From contig NC_057719.1 in NCBI RefSeq assembly GCF_004010195.1, positions 6,215,054-6,279,053 of the forward strand: a stretch of 64,000 nucleotides of DNA. Reading direction: 5' to 3'. Below are positions 12,531 to 25,394 of the stretch, in pieces. Under the pieces are notes generated by a model. It did no database searches. It was given only the letters and a program-made list of their open reading frames with translations, and was not told the origin of the DNA. A program made the translations under genes and the position numbers. The DNA comes from Chiloscyllium plagiosum (taxonomy: Eukaryota). Positions within the stretch are counted from its first letter, which is position 1; every line of letters begins with the position of its first letter.

Positions 12531-15500
12531 TTGAGCTAATTCTCAGATAAAATGTTACAGCAAAGCTGGAGTAGTAATACTGAGCTGCTTAAGGTTAGAG
12601 TAGGTTTTTGTTTTTATTCATTCACAGGATGCAAGCTTCATTGGCTGGGCTAGCATTTATTATTCATCTCTAGTTGCTATTGAGAAGTAAGTGGTAAGCT
12701 GACCTCTTGAACTGCTGCATTTCATCTGGTGTAGGTAGACCCACAATGCTGTTGGGGAGGGATTCCAGGATTTTGACCCAGTTTAGTGAAGGAAAGTCAC
12801 GATGGTGAGTGGCTTGGAGGAGAACTCACAGGTGGTGTTGTTCCCATGTATCTGCTGCCCTTGTCCTTCTAGATGGAAGTGGCCATGGATTTGGAAGTAT
12901 GGTCTAAAGAGTCTTGGAGAATTTCTGTAGGGCATTTTGTAGATGGCACACACTGTTGCTACTGAACATCAATAGTAGAAGAAGTGGATGCGGAGCCAGT
13001 CAAGCAACTGCTTTGTCCTGGAGGGTGTTGAGCTTCTTGAGCATTGTTGGAGTTGCACTCATCCAGGCAAGTACGGAGTAATCCATTACACTCCTGACTT
13101 GTGCCTTTTCTTGATATTTTTACACTGTTGATGTCCCATCATTTCATTCTTGAAATTGATAGAAAGTAATCCAAAGCTTTCATGTGAGACTGGGGTGTTA
13201 GAGATCGGGTGAGGTGCTAGAGAAGGCTTCTTCTTGCCTGCCTCCCTTTTTTTGCTGGATTCCCTAATTTCTAAGAAACCCAGCATCTTAAATATATTGG
13301 TTAGGTTCCCAATTGTATCACTGGAGTTCAATGTAAAGAGTTTCACCCTTTGAGGGTAGGAGACTTGCCCATCAAAAACCCACCACCATTAAAAGTTAAG
13401 CAGGTACTCTCAAAGCAGTTTGGGGGAGTTTCACTGTGTTTTAACTTTAAACTTAAGCCCACTTCTGCCTTTTGTTTGCAAGAGGAGCAAATGCGAAGGC
13501 CATGGTGTCATTGCATACGTAATCAAAGAGCGAAGTATACATAGCCTCAGGAAGAATGATGGTGATGCTAGAGGTATGATTGTGAGACATAGTAAGAATA
13601 TAGAATGGTATGGGGTTGACATCTTTCAGAACGGGGAAGGAATGTTAGGCCCTTTATCCTATTCCTGAGAATTCTTATTTATCCCACATTATTCTTGCTT
13701 GTGTTTTGCTTGTCATAGAATCATACAGGAGAGAAGAGGCCCTTGGGCCCATTGAGTCTGTGCGGAGCTATCGACACTAATCCCACTTTCCAGCGCATGC
13801 CCATAACTCTATGATTCTAAGCACACAGTATTCCAGCCATGGTCTAACTAAAGCTCTGTACTGCTCCAACATGACCTCTTTGCTTTTCTAATCCATGCTG
13901 TGATTGATAAAGGCAAGTGTCCCTTAAGCCGCCTTAACCACCATGTCCTGATGCCTTTAGAGATCTGTGAACGTGCATCCCAAAATTTGTCTGTTCCTCT
14001 GAGCTTCCTAATGTACTGCCTTCATGGAGTATTCCCTAGTCCTGCTACTTTTTTGTTTTGCAAGCCATTATAAGCAATCTGGGGATAAATGATCACCATG
14101 CCATATGGTGATGTATAAGGGAGGGGAGGGCCTAATGAACTAATGAATAAACGGTTTGATATCAAGAGTCACAAATAAAATGAAGAAGCAAACAGATTTA
14201 ACCTGGGCCAAATCACTGCGTGGTTTATTGTTGCTGATGGTTTCTACCAGTAAATAACATGTCTCCCTTGTGGAGGAATGGTATACTTGCTGGCAAAGGA
14301 GTACAACAAGTAGAATGTCTAAAAGTTTCAATACCTTCAGGAGGAGAAGGGTAAGCAGAGAAGAAATGAAAATGTTTAGTGTGGAACATCATATACATGG
14401 GAAGAAAATCATAACAATCAACACGTTTAAAAATAATAGGAATTAGGAAAGAGAAACTGCTTCCTATGGCGAAGGGCCGATAAACAGAGGGCTCAGATGT
14501 AAGATGTTTGGCAAAGGAACCAGAAGTGACATGAGGGAAAACTGTTTAACACAACCTGTGGTTAGGAAGTAATTCCACTATCCAATACAGATACAGATTC
14601 CCATCGAAGTGAATTAGGTAAATAGTTGATGGATTTAAAAAAATTCAGGATGTAAGGTTCGAGTGGGAATAAGTTCTTTGAAAAGGTTGATGTGCATTCA
14701 CTGGGCCAAATGGCCTCCTTCTGTATTATATTCTGTTGATGCAATATCCTGACAATCAGAACTGCCTTGTCTCTTTTTCAGTGAACAAACAACCTGCTGT
14801 TTTTTTTTCAGAAAGTCTGCTGTACATAATCCACTGGGAGAAATTATTCCTTGTCTCTGTCAATAATAAGGTTTGATATTTCCCAAATCATCCTTCTGAA
14901 ATTATCTTCTAAGCAAGGAATCTCCTGCTCATTTATTGGGGTCGCTTGCTGCAATATAGCCCTAATATATATATCTGTTTGTGGGAATTATTAGAGGAAA
15001 CTCACCCTTTGGTTTTGCAGAATGTGGGCACCAGATGAAAACATTGCTACATTAAAGAGGTTGAATATAGAACACACAAGCACTTATTGCCTCCCCTTAA
15101 TATTGCTTCATGATAACACTACACTACAGTGGTGTGATTTGATGAATTGGAGGAGGGAATCGTGTCTGGACATATTAAGAGACCCAAATTCCCTCCTTCA
15201 TTCATAGGTCTCCCATGTACTGTGTGATCAGACTGTGTCAATGAAAATGTTTCCACTGTGGTTTGTTTACTGGTCTGGAAGGTGCTCATAGACATGTGTA
15301 GACTTCAAAAGAAAACAGAATTTTCGAGTAACCCAACTTTTTCATAAAATATACCTAGATATCAATGTGATACTGAGCAAGATGGGCTCTGCCCCCTTGT
15401 AGCTACAGCACAGAATTAAAGTCTGTGATTTGACAGGAACAGCTCCCAAATGTCTGCGTGGTTTTCTGAGAAAGTGAAGGGGTGTGTGAAGGAAAAAAAG

Positions 15501-17829
15501 GAAGATTCTCAATTATATAACCTTCAGCAAAGCATAAACGATTCTCAGAGACAAACCTAGCACCTTCCACAACTTCAAGAAGCTCCAGTCAGCACTGTGC
15601 AGTCACTGACTTAGACGAGAGGCTTTCCCACATTTACTGATGCAGGAAGGCAGATAAACTGCATAGCTATGTCTGTTTCTATAGCTTGCTCTTCCTGGAA
15701 TAACGAGCCTAGTGGCAGAAGCTATAGCTTGATAGATACCACTCCACATTAACTATGGCCAACCAGGAAACTCTCCCAATTCTTACAACCTGCCAAAGGT
15801 GTATTGGAAGTGCTTACAGGTTGACAATCAACCTGATTCAAAAGAAAGGATACAGGATTTGAAACATTAGCTGTTTTCTTTCCACAGTCGCTGCTAGGCC
15901 CGCTGAGTTTCTCCAGCAATTTCTATTTTGTTTGTTTCAGGTCTCTAGCATCCACGGTTCTTTGTTTTATTTGACAATCAACCTGTTTGGTGATATTAGG
16001 AATGCACTTCTGTGGCATCAAATCCTGAAGTTGTATTTACACCTCGAGCTTGTAGCTCAGAGGCAGGGGCACTGTCCACTGTACCACAAGACCTCTTGTT
16101 CAGGTGAACACACTATATGATGTCAGGAAGTCTGGCAGCCATTTTGCACATAGCACCATCTCACAGACAACATTACGCGAATGACTGGATAAGTCCTTGT
16201 TTTTCTTCCAAATATTCACGTGGGATATTTTATATTGTTTGAAAAGGTGAACATATTTCATACCTAACCTGAAATAGTGCACTACCAAGAACAGAGTGCT
16301 TTCTCATGGGAAGCCTGTTCAAGTTTTGGAGTGGAACTCAAACCCACCACCTTTGGAATCAGAAATGAGGCTTACCCAAGGCTGAAACCTTGACATCTTC
16401 ATTTAGGATTGCTACTGACTTTGCTTTTTGAGGTCTAGATAGTTAAACACTGAGATATCTGTGGTATTTTATTTCCATTTAGATGTTTTATTTCGACCTA
16501 CTCTCTTTCTGCCTTTTAACCCCCATGCTGCCTTATCACTCATTGTTTTCTGTTCATCTTCCCCTGTAATCAAACATGTTTTTTTGCTGAGCAGCAACAG
16601 TCCAGTTTTCCCTGTGACAAGACTGATTGCTGTGCTACCTCTTACTTGTGTTGTTCATCTGTGTCAACCTTCCAGTGATACTTGCCCAACAAGAGTCTGC
16701 AGATCATGCATCAGAGTTATCAACCATCTCAGAATCCATCAAATGGGAATGGAGGCAGGTCATCCTCAATCCTAAGAAGCTGCTTCTGAAGGCTAACTAT
16801 CTCCATTCACACATGGAGAATGTTATTTTGGCACGAGGTGACAGTGTGGTACTGACACATGTCCAGCCAGTTTGGCGATGCATTTCAGGAGGCAATATTG
16901 AATGACAGTTTTGTAATAGGATTCAATGTTATAACCATGGCTACAGCTCAGAAGGACTTCTGTTTATTTATTCAGAGAATGTTGGCTTTGCTGCCTGGGC
17001 CAGAATTTATTGTCCAGGAGAAGATGGTGGTGAGCTCTCTTTTTAAACCATTGCAGTCCATTTGTTGAAGTTACAATGCCATTAAGGAGGGTGATGTGGA
17101 GGTGTCGGTGTTGAACTGGGGTAGACAAGGTCAGAAGTCACACTACACCAGGTTACAGTCTAACAGGTTTATTTGAAATCACGGTGCTCTGAAAGCTTGT
17201 GATTTCAAATAACTGATTAGAGAGGGTATTCCAGGATTCTGACTCAACAACAGTGAAGGAACAATGATATATTTTCAAGTCAGGATGGTGAATGGCTTGG
17301 AGGAAAACTTGGAGGTGGTGGTGTTCCCATCCTTTGCCCTTATCCTACTCCACGGAAGTGATCATGGACTTGGAAAGTGCTGTCAAAAGAGCTTTGGTGA
17401 ATTTCTGCAGATAATCTTGGAGTTAGAATGCATTACAGCTCCTGAGCATCAGTTGTGGAGGAAGTGGATTTTTGGGGCAGTGGTGCTAGATGGTTTCAAG
17501 CCTCTTGAATGTTGTTGGAGCTGTACCCATCCAGGCAAGTGGGGAGTATTCCATCATATTGGTGACTTTTATCAATATTGGACGAGCTTTGAGGAGTCAG
17601 GATGTAATTTATTACCTGCAGAATTCAGAACCTCTGTCCTCTTGCAGCCGCACTATTTATATGACTAGTTCAGCGCACTTAGAACTGACCATTGATCACA
17701 AAGATTTTGATAGTGAGGAATTCAGCAAAAGTAATACTATTGAATGTCAAGAAGTGATGGCTAGGTTTCTGCATTGTTGGAGATAGTCCTTGTGTGGCTA
17801 AAATGTTTTTTTCTTTTTTTTCTTAGCAC

Positions 17830-20800
17830 ACTACAAGCTCTTCAGCCCTTGATGTTGTGTGACCTTTTATCCTACTCCAAGATCAGACTAACCTACATAT
17901 CATACTATCATTTTATTATTATCCATGTGCCTATCCAAGAGTCGCTTAAATGTCCCTAATGTATCGGACTACTACTACTGCTGGCAGTGTATTCCACACA
18001 CCCACCACTCTCTGTGTAAAGATTCTACCTGTGACATCTCCCCTAAACCTTCATCCAGTCACCATAAAATTATGCCACCTCTTAACAGTCACTTCCACTT
18101 CAGGAAAAAGTCTCTGGTGATCCACTATCTATGCCTCACATCATCTTGTACACCTCTATCAAGTCACGTCTCATCCTTCTTTGCTCCAATGAGAAAATCC
18201 CTAGCTCCCTCAGCCTTTCTTCATAAGACATGCTCTCTAGTCCAGGCAGCATCCTGGTAAATCTCCTCTGCACCCTCTCTAAAGCTTCCACATCCTTCTG
18301 ATAATGAGGTGACCAGAACTGAACACAAAATTCCAAGTGTGGTCTAACCAAGGTCTTATTAAGTTGTAATATAACCTCACGGTCTTAAACCCAATCCCCC
18401 TGCTAATGAAAGCCAACACACCATACGCCTTCTTAACAACCCTATCAACTTGGGTGGCAACTTTGAGAGATCTATGGATGTAGACCCCAAGATTTTTCTG
18501 TTCCTCCACACTGCCAAAAATCCTGCCTTTAACCCTGTAATCTGCATTCAAATTCGACCTTCCAAAATGAATCACTTCACACTTTTCCAGGTTGAACTCA
18601 TCTGCCACTTCTCAGCCCAGCTCTGCATCTTGTCAATGTCCCATGCACCCTAAAGCAGTCCTCCACTCTACCCACAACTCCACCAACCTTTGTGTCATCA
18701 GCAAACTTCCTAACCCAACCTTCCACTTCCTCACCAAGTCATTATAAAAATCACAAACAGCAGAAGTCCCAGAACAAATCCCTGTGGAAGACCACTGGTC
18801 ACCAGTTCCAGGCAGAATACTTTCCATCTGCTACCACCCACTGTCTTCTATGGGCCAGCCAAATCTGTTTCCAGACAGCCAAATTTCCCGGTATCCCATG
18901 TCTCCTTATGTGTTGAATGAGCCCTATCATGGGGAACCTTATCAAATGCCTTGCTAAAATCCAGATATATCACATCCACTGCTCTACCTCCATTAATGTG
19001 TTTTGTCACATCCTTAAAGAGTTCAATAAGGCTTGTGAGGCATGACCTCCTCACAAGGCCATGCTGACTATCTCTAATCAAGCTATGCTTGAAAGCTATT
19101 CTTAAAAAAAAAAGGTTCGGTGCGCTGGATTATTCTTTATTTTTCTACAGTCTCTTTGGGAATTTAGCACAGTGGGGATGGTGGTTAGGGCAGTTGAATG
19201 TTCCTCCTGCAGAATGTGGCAGGTAAGGGCCACTACTAGTGTCCCTGCTGACTGCATCTGCAGGAAGTGCAGCCAACTCCAGCTCCTTGAAAACTGTGTT
19301 AGGGAAATGTAGCTGGAGCTGAATCATTCAGGAGGCAGAGGGGGTCACACCTCAGGTACAAGAAAAAGGCAGATGGGTTACTGTCAGGGGATGGAAAGGG
19401 AACCAGCAGACAGTGCTGGGATCCCCTGTGGCCATTCCCCTCACTAACAAGTATACCGTTTTGGATACTGTTGGGGGGGACAACTTACCAGGGGTAAGCC
19501 ATGGGGTATAGGTCTCTGACACAGAGTCTGTCCCTGTTGTTCAGAAGGGAAGAGGGGGAGAAGAGCAGAGCGGTAGTCATTGGGGACTCCATAGTTAGGG
19601 AGACACATAGGAGGTTCTGTGGGAACAAGAGAGACTCACAGTTGGTGTGTCGCCTCCCAAGTGCCAGGATTCGTGATTTCTCGGATCGTGTTTTTGGGAT
19701 CCTTGAGGGGAGGAGGAGCAGCCCAAAGTCGTGGTCCACATAGGCACTAACAACATAGGTTGGAAAAGGTAGAAATTAAGGGAGCTGGGGTAGAAGCTTA
19801 GTGCTAGAACAAACAGAGTTGTTATCTCTGGTTTGTTGCCTGTGCCATGTACTAGTGAGGCAAGGAATAAGGAGAGAGAGGAGTTGAACATTAGGCTACA
19901 GGAATGGTGCAGGAGGGAGGGTTTTGGATACCTGGATAATTGGGGCTCATTCTGGGGTAGGTGGGACCTCTACAAAAAGGATGGTCTACACCTGAACCAG
20001 AGGGGTATCAATATCCTTGGGGAGGGAAGATTTGCTAATGCTACTTGGGAGGGTTGAATCTAATTCAGCGGGGGGGGGGGGGGGCAGGAACCTGAATTGT
20101 AGTTCCAGTGTCTGAGACTTCACTCTTGTTCCTCACAAAAGTGTATAATGCCTTAGGATTTTTCCTTAATCTGACCTGCTAAAGCTTTCTCATGGCTCCT
20201 TCTAGCTCTCCTAAGTCCATTCTTCAGTTCCTTCCTGACTACCTTGTAACCCTCTCGAGCCCTGTCTGATCCTTGCTTCCTCAACTTTAAGCAAGCTTCC
20301 TTCTTCCTCTTGGAGAAAGTGAGGACTGCAGATGCTGGAGATCAGAGCTGAAAAATGTAGGCGGTGCTGAGTCCGAGGGTTGGGATTGAGATAAGGTGGG
20401 GGGAGGGGAAATGAGGAAGCTGGAGAAATCTGCATTCATCCCTTGTGGTTGGAGGGTTCCTAGGCGGAAGATGAGGCGCTCTTCCTCCAGACGTCGTGTT
20501 GCCATGGTCTGGCGATGGAGGAGGCCAAGGCTCTGCATGTCCTTGGCAGAGTGGGAGGGGGAGTTAAAGTGTTCAGCCACGGGGCGGTTCGGTTGGTTGG
20601 TGCGGGTGTCCCAGAGGTGTTCTCTGAAACGTTCCGCAAGTAGGTGGCCTGTCTCTCCAATGTAGAGGAGGCCAGATCGGGTGCAGCTGATGCTGTAAAT
20701 GATATGTGAATTTGTGACGGATATGGAAGGATCCCTTGGGGCCTTGGAGGGAAGTGAGGGGGGAGGTGTGGGCGCAAGTTTTGCATTTCCTGTGGTTGCA

Positions 20801-21965
20801 GGCGAAGATGCCGGGAGTGGAGATTGGGTTGGTGGAGGGTGTGGACCTGACGAGGGAGTCGCGGAGGGAGTGGTCTTTCCGGAACGCTGATATGGAGGGG
20901 AGGGAAATATATCCTTGGTGGTGTGGTCTGTTTGGAGGTAGCAGAAATGCTGAAGGATGATATGATGTATCTGGAGGTTGGTGGGGTAGTAGGTGAGGAC
21001 CAGTGGGGTTCTGTCCTTGTGGCAATTGGAGGGACGGGGTTCAAGGGCGGAGGAGAGCATCATCAACCACGTCTGAGGGGAAATTGCAGTCTTTGAAGAA
21101 GGAGGCCATCTGGGTTGTTCGGAATTAGAATTGGTCCTCTTGGGAGCAGATGCGGCGGAGGCAAAGGAATTGGGAATATGGGATGGTGTTTTTACAGGGG
21201 GAAGGGTGGGAGGAGGTGTAACCTAGGTAGCTGTGGGAGTCGGTCGGTTCCCTTTCCACCACCTTATCTCAGTCCCAACCCTCGGACTCAGCACCGCCTT
21301 CTTGACCTGCAATCTTCTTCCCGATCTCTCCGTCCCCACCTCCTCTCCGGCCTATCACCCTCACCATAACTTCCTTCCACCTATCGCATTCCCAATGTCC
21401 CTCCTCCCTACCTTTTATCTTAGCCTGCTTGGCACATCTTCCTCATTCCTGAAGAAGGACTTATGCCTGAAACGTCGATTCTCCTGCTCCTTGGATGCTG
21501 CCTGACTTGCTGCGCTTTTTCAGCAACACATTTTTCAGCTTCCTTCTTCCTCTTGACTGGATGTTTCACATCTCTTGTCATCCAAGGTCCTTTCGCTCTG
21601 TTATCACTTCCTTGCCTCAGTGGGACTAACCTGTCCAGCGCTCACAGGATGTGCTCCTGAAACAACCTCCACATTTCTATCGTGAATTTCCCTGAGAATA
21701 ACTGCTCCCAATTTATGCTCCGACATTCCTGCCGCAATTAAATACTTTCCCATACCATCTGCTCCTACTCCTCTCCATGACTATGGTGAAGGTCAGGGAG
21801 TTGTGATCACTATCACCAAAATACTCTCCCACCGAGAGATCTGACACTTGACCTGTTTGTTGCCAAGCACCAAATCCAATATGGCCTCCCCCCTAGTTGG
21901 CCTATCTACATATTGAGTCGGGAATCCTTCCTGGTCACACCTGACAAAATCTGCTCCATCTAAAC
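17830..21965 (-). mobile_element. Rearranged CR1 LINE: RT/3' end (-), ORF1 block (+, ~19100-20110), EN-linker (-), with a PLE inside
   Basis: YLDFSKAFDKVPH and [13 protein letters not shown] on -. SGNH esterase motif VVIGDSIVR...DGLHLN on +. Confidence 0.85.
20313..21536 (-). mobile_element. 5'-truncated Penelope-like retrotransposon (RT C-terminus, GIY-YIG endonuclease) with an inverted terminal repeat copy and a 19-bp TSD
   Basis: IYSISCTRSGLLYIGETG...ERFREH...HFN...H...GMN and IPYSQFLCLRRICS on -. Terminal repeat in + orientation at ~21250-21540. AGCTTCCTTCTTCCTCTTG at 20294-20312 and 21537-21555. Confidence 0.92.
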
Positions 21966-22617
21966 TGGAGATGAAATGATTGACCTTCTACAATTACAAC
22001 CACTTTGTTTTGTGCTCGATAATGATGCCAACCAGCAGAGAACTCCCCCTGCCCAGTTCCCACTCACTCTAGTTTTGCAATGTCCTTGACATCGTACTCT
22101 TTCTAATATGACCTTGATATCAAGGGCAGTCACTCTCATCTCCCGTCTGGAATTCAGCTTCTTTGTCCATGTTTGAATCTAGGTAATGAGGTCAACAGCT
22201 GAGTGATCATGGTGAATCAGCATCAGTGAGCAGGTTACTGCGAAGCACGTGCTGCTTGATAGTGCTGTTAATGACACTTTCCATCACTTTATTGATGATT
22301 GAGAGTAGACTCATGTGATGATAATTGACCAGCTTGGTTTTGTCCTACTTTTTTTGTGTACCAGGCATAATCTAGGCAATTGAGAAAAACATTGGTTCCT
22401 AGCATGCCTTCCTGCACTCTTCATTGAACCAGGGTTAATTCCCTGGCTTGATGTTAATGGTGGGGGAATGCCAGGCCACGAAGTTGTAGATTATGTTTGA
22501 GTGTAATTTTGCTGATGGCTCATTAGCACTTCACAGATGCCAGTCTTGACTTGTTAAATCTGATTGAAGTCAATCCCATTTAGCATGGTGACAATGCTAC
22601 ACACATATGGAAAATAT

Positions 22618-22803
22618 TAAAAATCACACAACATCACGTTATCGTCCAACAGGTTTAATTGGAAGCACGACTTCCAATGGTAGTTGCATGAAAGAGCAGC
22701 ACTCTGAAAGCTAGTGCTTCCAATTAAACCTGTTGGACTACAACCTGGTGTTGTGTGATATTTAACTTGGTACGCCCCAGTCCAACACTGGCATCTCCAA
22801 ATA
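22618..22803. mobile_element. Fold-back short PLE-type element (family B), 11-bp TSD
   Basis: ATGGAAAATAT at 22607-22617 and 22804-22814; inverted arms. Confidence 0.75.
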
Positions 22804-25394
22804 ATGGAAAATATCATTGTGAAGACAGGTCATTGTCTCCACAAAGACTGTGAGGTGGCCACGACTACCGATTCTGTTATGGACAGAAGCATCTCTGCAA
22901 TTCACAGTCGTCATTAGGCTTTTTATTCCAGGTTTATTTTTGTTATTGAGTAATCAAGCAACCAACCAGCTGCCATATGGGAATTTAATCTCGGTTTCCA
23001 GGACATTACCTAGGTGTATGGATTACTAGCTCAGCAACAATACCATCGTGCCATTGCCTCCTCCTAAACGTAATTTGCTGCTCAGTGTTTTCGAAAGTCC
23101 AGAATGTATGAAAGGGACTATTTTGAAAGGGTTTCTGAGGATGAACTGTGACAGTGAAGAGAGCAGTAATCAGGTGGAATGGTGCTGCAGAGGACAGCTT
23201 GTTTTCTGCTCACCTCATTTCACTTGTTTGATCAATTTTGACTCTGATCCTGTGTTTATTGAATGTGGGTTGTTAATGGAGTATTTTTTATGCTCATGTT
23301 TTTATTAAAAAATTATTAATTCTCTACAATATGTCACGCAAGTGCTCCAGAGATTAAAATGTAAAGTAAACCTTTGAGCTTGGTTACTTAAACACAATTA
23401 GGACCAGGGCACTGTTATCAGTTTGTGTGACTGCACAGTTGCAAAAATAATTGTGTGATATCCTGTACTAATTGTGTAGCTCTCGGGAATCCGTGAAGCT
23501 GCAGATTCTAACCCATTGAATGTAAGTATGTCAGAGTGCATGAGGCTATTTGACCAATCATACTTAAACAACCCCTTTCAAAGAGCTGTGCAGTTAGTTC
23601 CTGCTCTTTCTCCAGAGCTCTGCAAATTTTGCTTCTCAAATATTTAATGAATGAACTAATTCCCTTTTGAAAATTAGTATTGAATCTACTTTCATCACCT
23701 TTTCAGCAAGGTCATTCCAAGATTGTAACAATTTGCTGCATAAACAGCAGTCACTTCACTTACATTGGATTACTTAAAATGCCTTTTCCTAAGTTTGTTT
23801 GATTAGGATTGGATTTACAAAGACAAAATGCCACATAGTGGAAATCTGAAATAAAAACAAAACCTGATCAAATTTCATTGATCTGAAATATTAACTGTGT
23901 TTCTTTCTCCGCATATGCTGTACATCCTTCTGAGTATTTTCTAAATTTTGATTCCTTACACTTGGCTTGGCTTCTTAATAAACTAAATCTCATTTTCAAC
24001 AACAATGAACAATATTAAAACAAGGAACTATGGATGCTGGAGATCTGAAAAGATCCCTGGACTTGATACGTTGGCTCTGAGTTTCTCCAGCAATTTTGGT
24101 TTCTGTTTCAGAATAATAGACTTCCTCCAGGTGCTCCAGTTTCCTCCCACAATCCAAAGATGTGCAGTTTAGGTGAATTGGCCATGCTGAATTGCCCATA
24201 GTGTTCAGGGATGTGTAGGTTAGGTGCATTAGTCAGGGGTAAATGGAGAGGAATAGGGTAGGGGAATTGGTCTGGTTGGATGACTCTTCGGTGTGGGCTT
24301 GTTCAGCTGAAGGGCCTGTATTCAAACTGTAGGGATTCTATGAAAAGGAAACTTTGTAAAAGATAGTGCTAGAAATTGAAATTATAAACCCAGGAAATTC
24401 TTAATGGGCCAAACAGCAGCTCAAAGGTGAATATTTTTCATGGCTTTTTTTAAAATTAGATTCCCTACAGTGTGGAAACAGGCCCTTTGGCCCAACAAGT
24501 CCACCCTGTCCCCCTGAAGAGTAACCCACCCCCTCTGACTAACGCACCTAACACTATGGACAATTTAGCATGGCCAATTCCTCGAACATTACTGATATTC
24601 TTTGTTCTTAACATCCAGGATAAAGCATCTGGTTGGCATCTCATGCCCTACTCACACATTCACTCCCTCCACAAGTGACACCCAGCGGCAGCAGTGTGTA
24701 CTGTGACAGCTCACTGAGGCCTCTTTGCAGCTCCTCCCAAACCCACAACTTCGACCACTGAGAAGAACAAAGTCAGTTGATGCATGTGAACACCACCATC
24801 TGCAGGTTCCCTCCAAGTTTCTCATCCTGACTTAGAAGTATACCCCTGTTCCTTCACCGTTGTCATGTCAAAATCCCGGAACTTCCTTCTTGACGGCGGT
24901 GAGGGTAAACCCATAGTATATGCTAAGGGTTCAAGATGCAGGTCACCACCAGCTTTTCAACAGCGATTTGGGAGGAATGATACTTGTGAATAACATTCAC
25001 ATTTCATGAATGAATAAGCTTCCCAACTTCCTTTCCAAAGTCTTGAACAACCATGTAAAAGGTATTCTCCATATTTCCTGACAAATCTGGTAAAGGAGCT
25101 CAGCCAAGAGCAACAGGCCATATGGGAAATTTGGAGATGAATAGTCAGAATGCAGCAGCTCAAGGACCCGATAGAATTATCTTGAAGGAGCCAGTCTGGC
25201 ACAATCCAACTGGAACGTCAACTTAATTTCCTATTTATCTACTGATTGAGCAACTGTGGATTTCCCCTTTTATGTCAACGAGTAGAAAATTATTTTCTGA
25301 ATGTTAGTGCATTCTATCTCATCATTTTTCTCTGATATTTACTGACGCAAGTCGAGTTATGTGTCTGAACCCGCTAACAGATAAGGTGTTTCTG

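Noticed and set aside
16627..16905. 92-aa ORF with a hydrophobic, signal-peptide-like start
   Set aside because: Starts at TTG, with no recognisable domain and no supporting exon structure.
20287..21066. 259-aa ORF as a host or domesticated gene
   Set aside because: Frameshifted, 5'-truncated PLE fragment; only part of the ORF is in the true frame.
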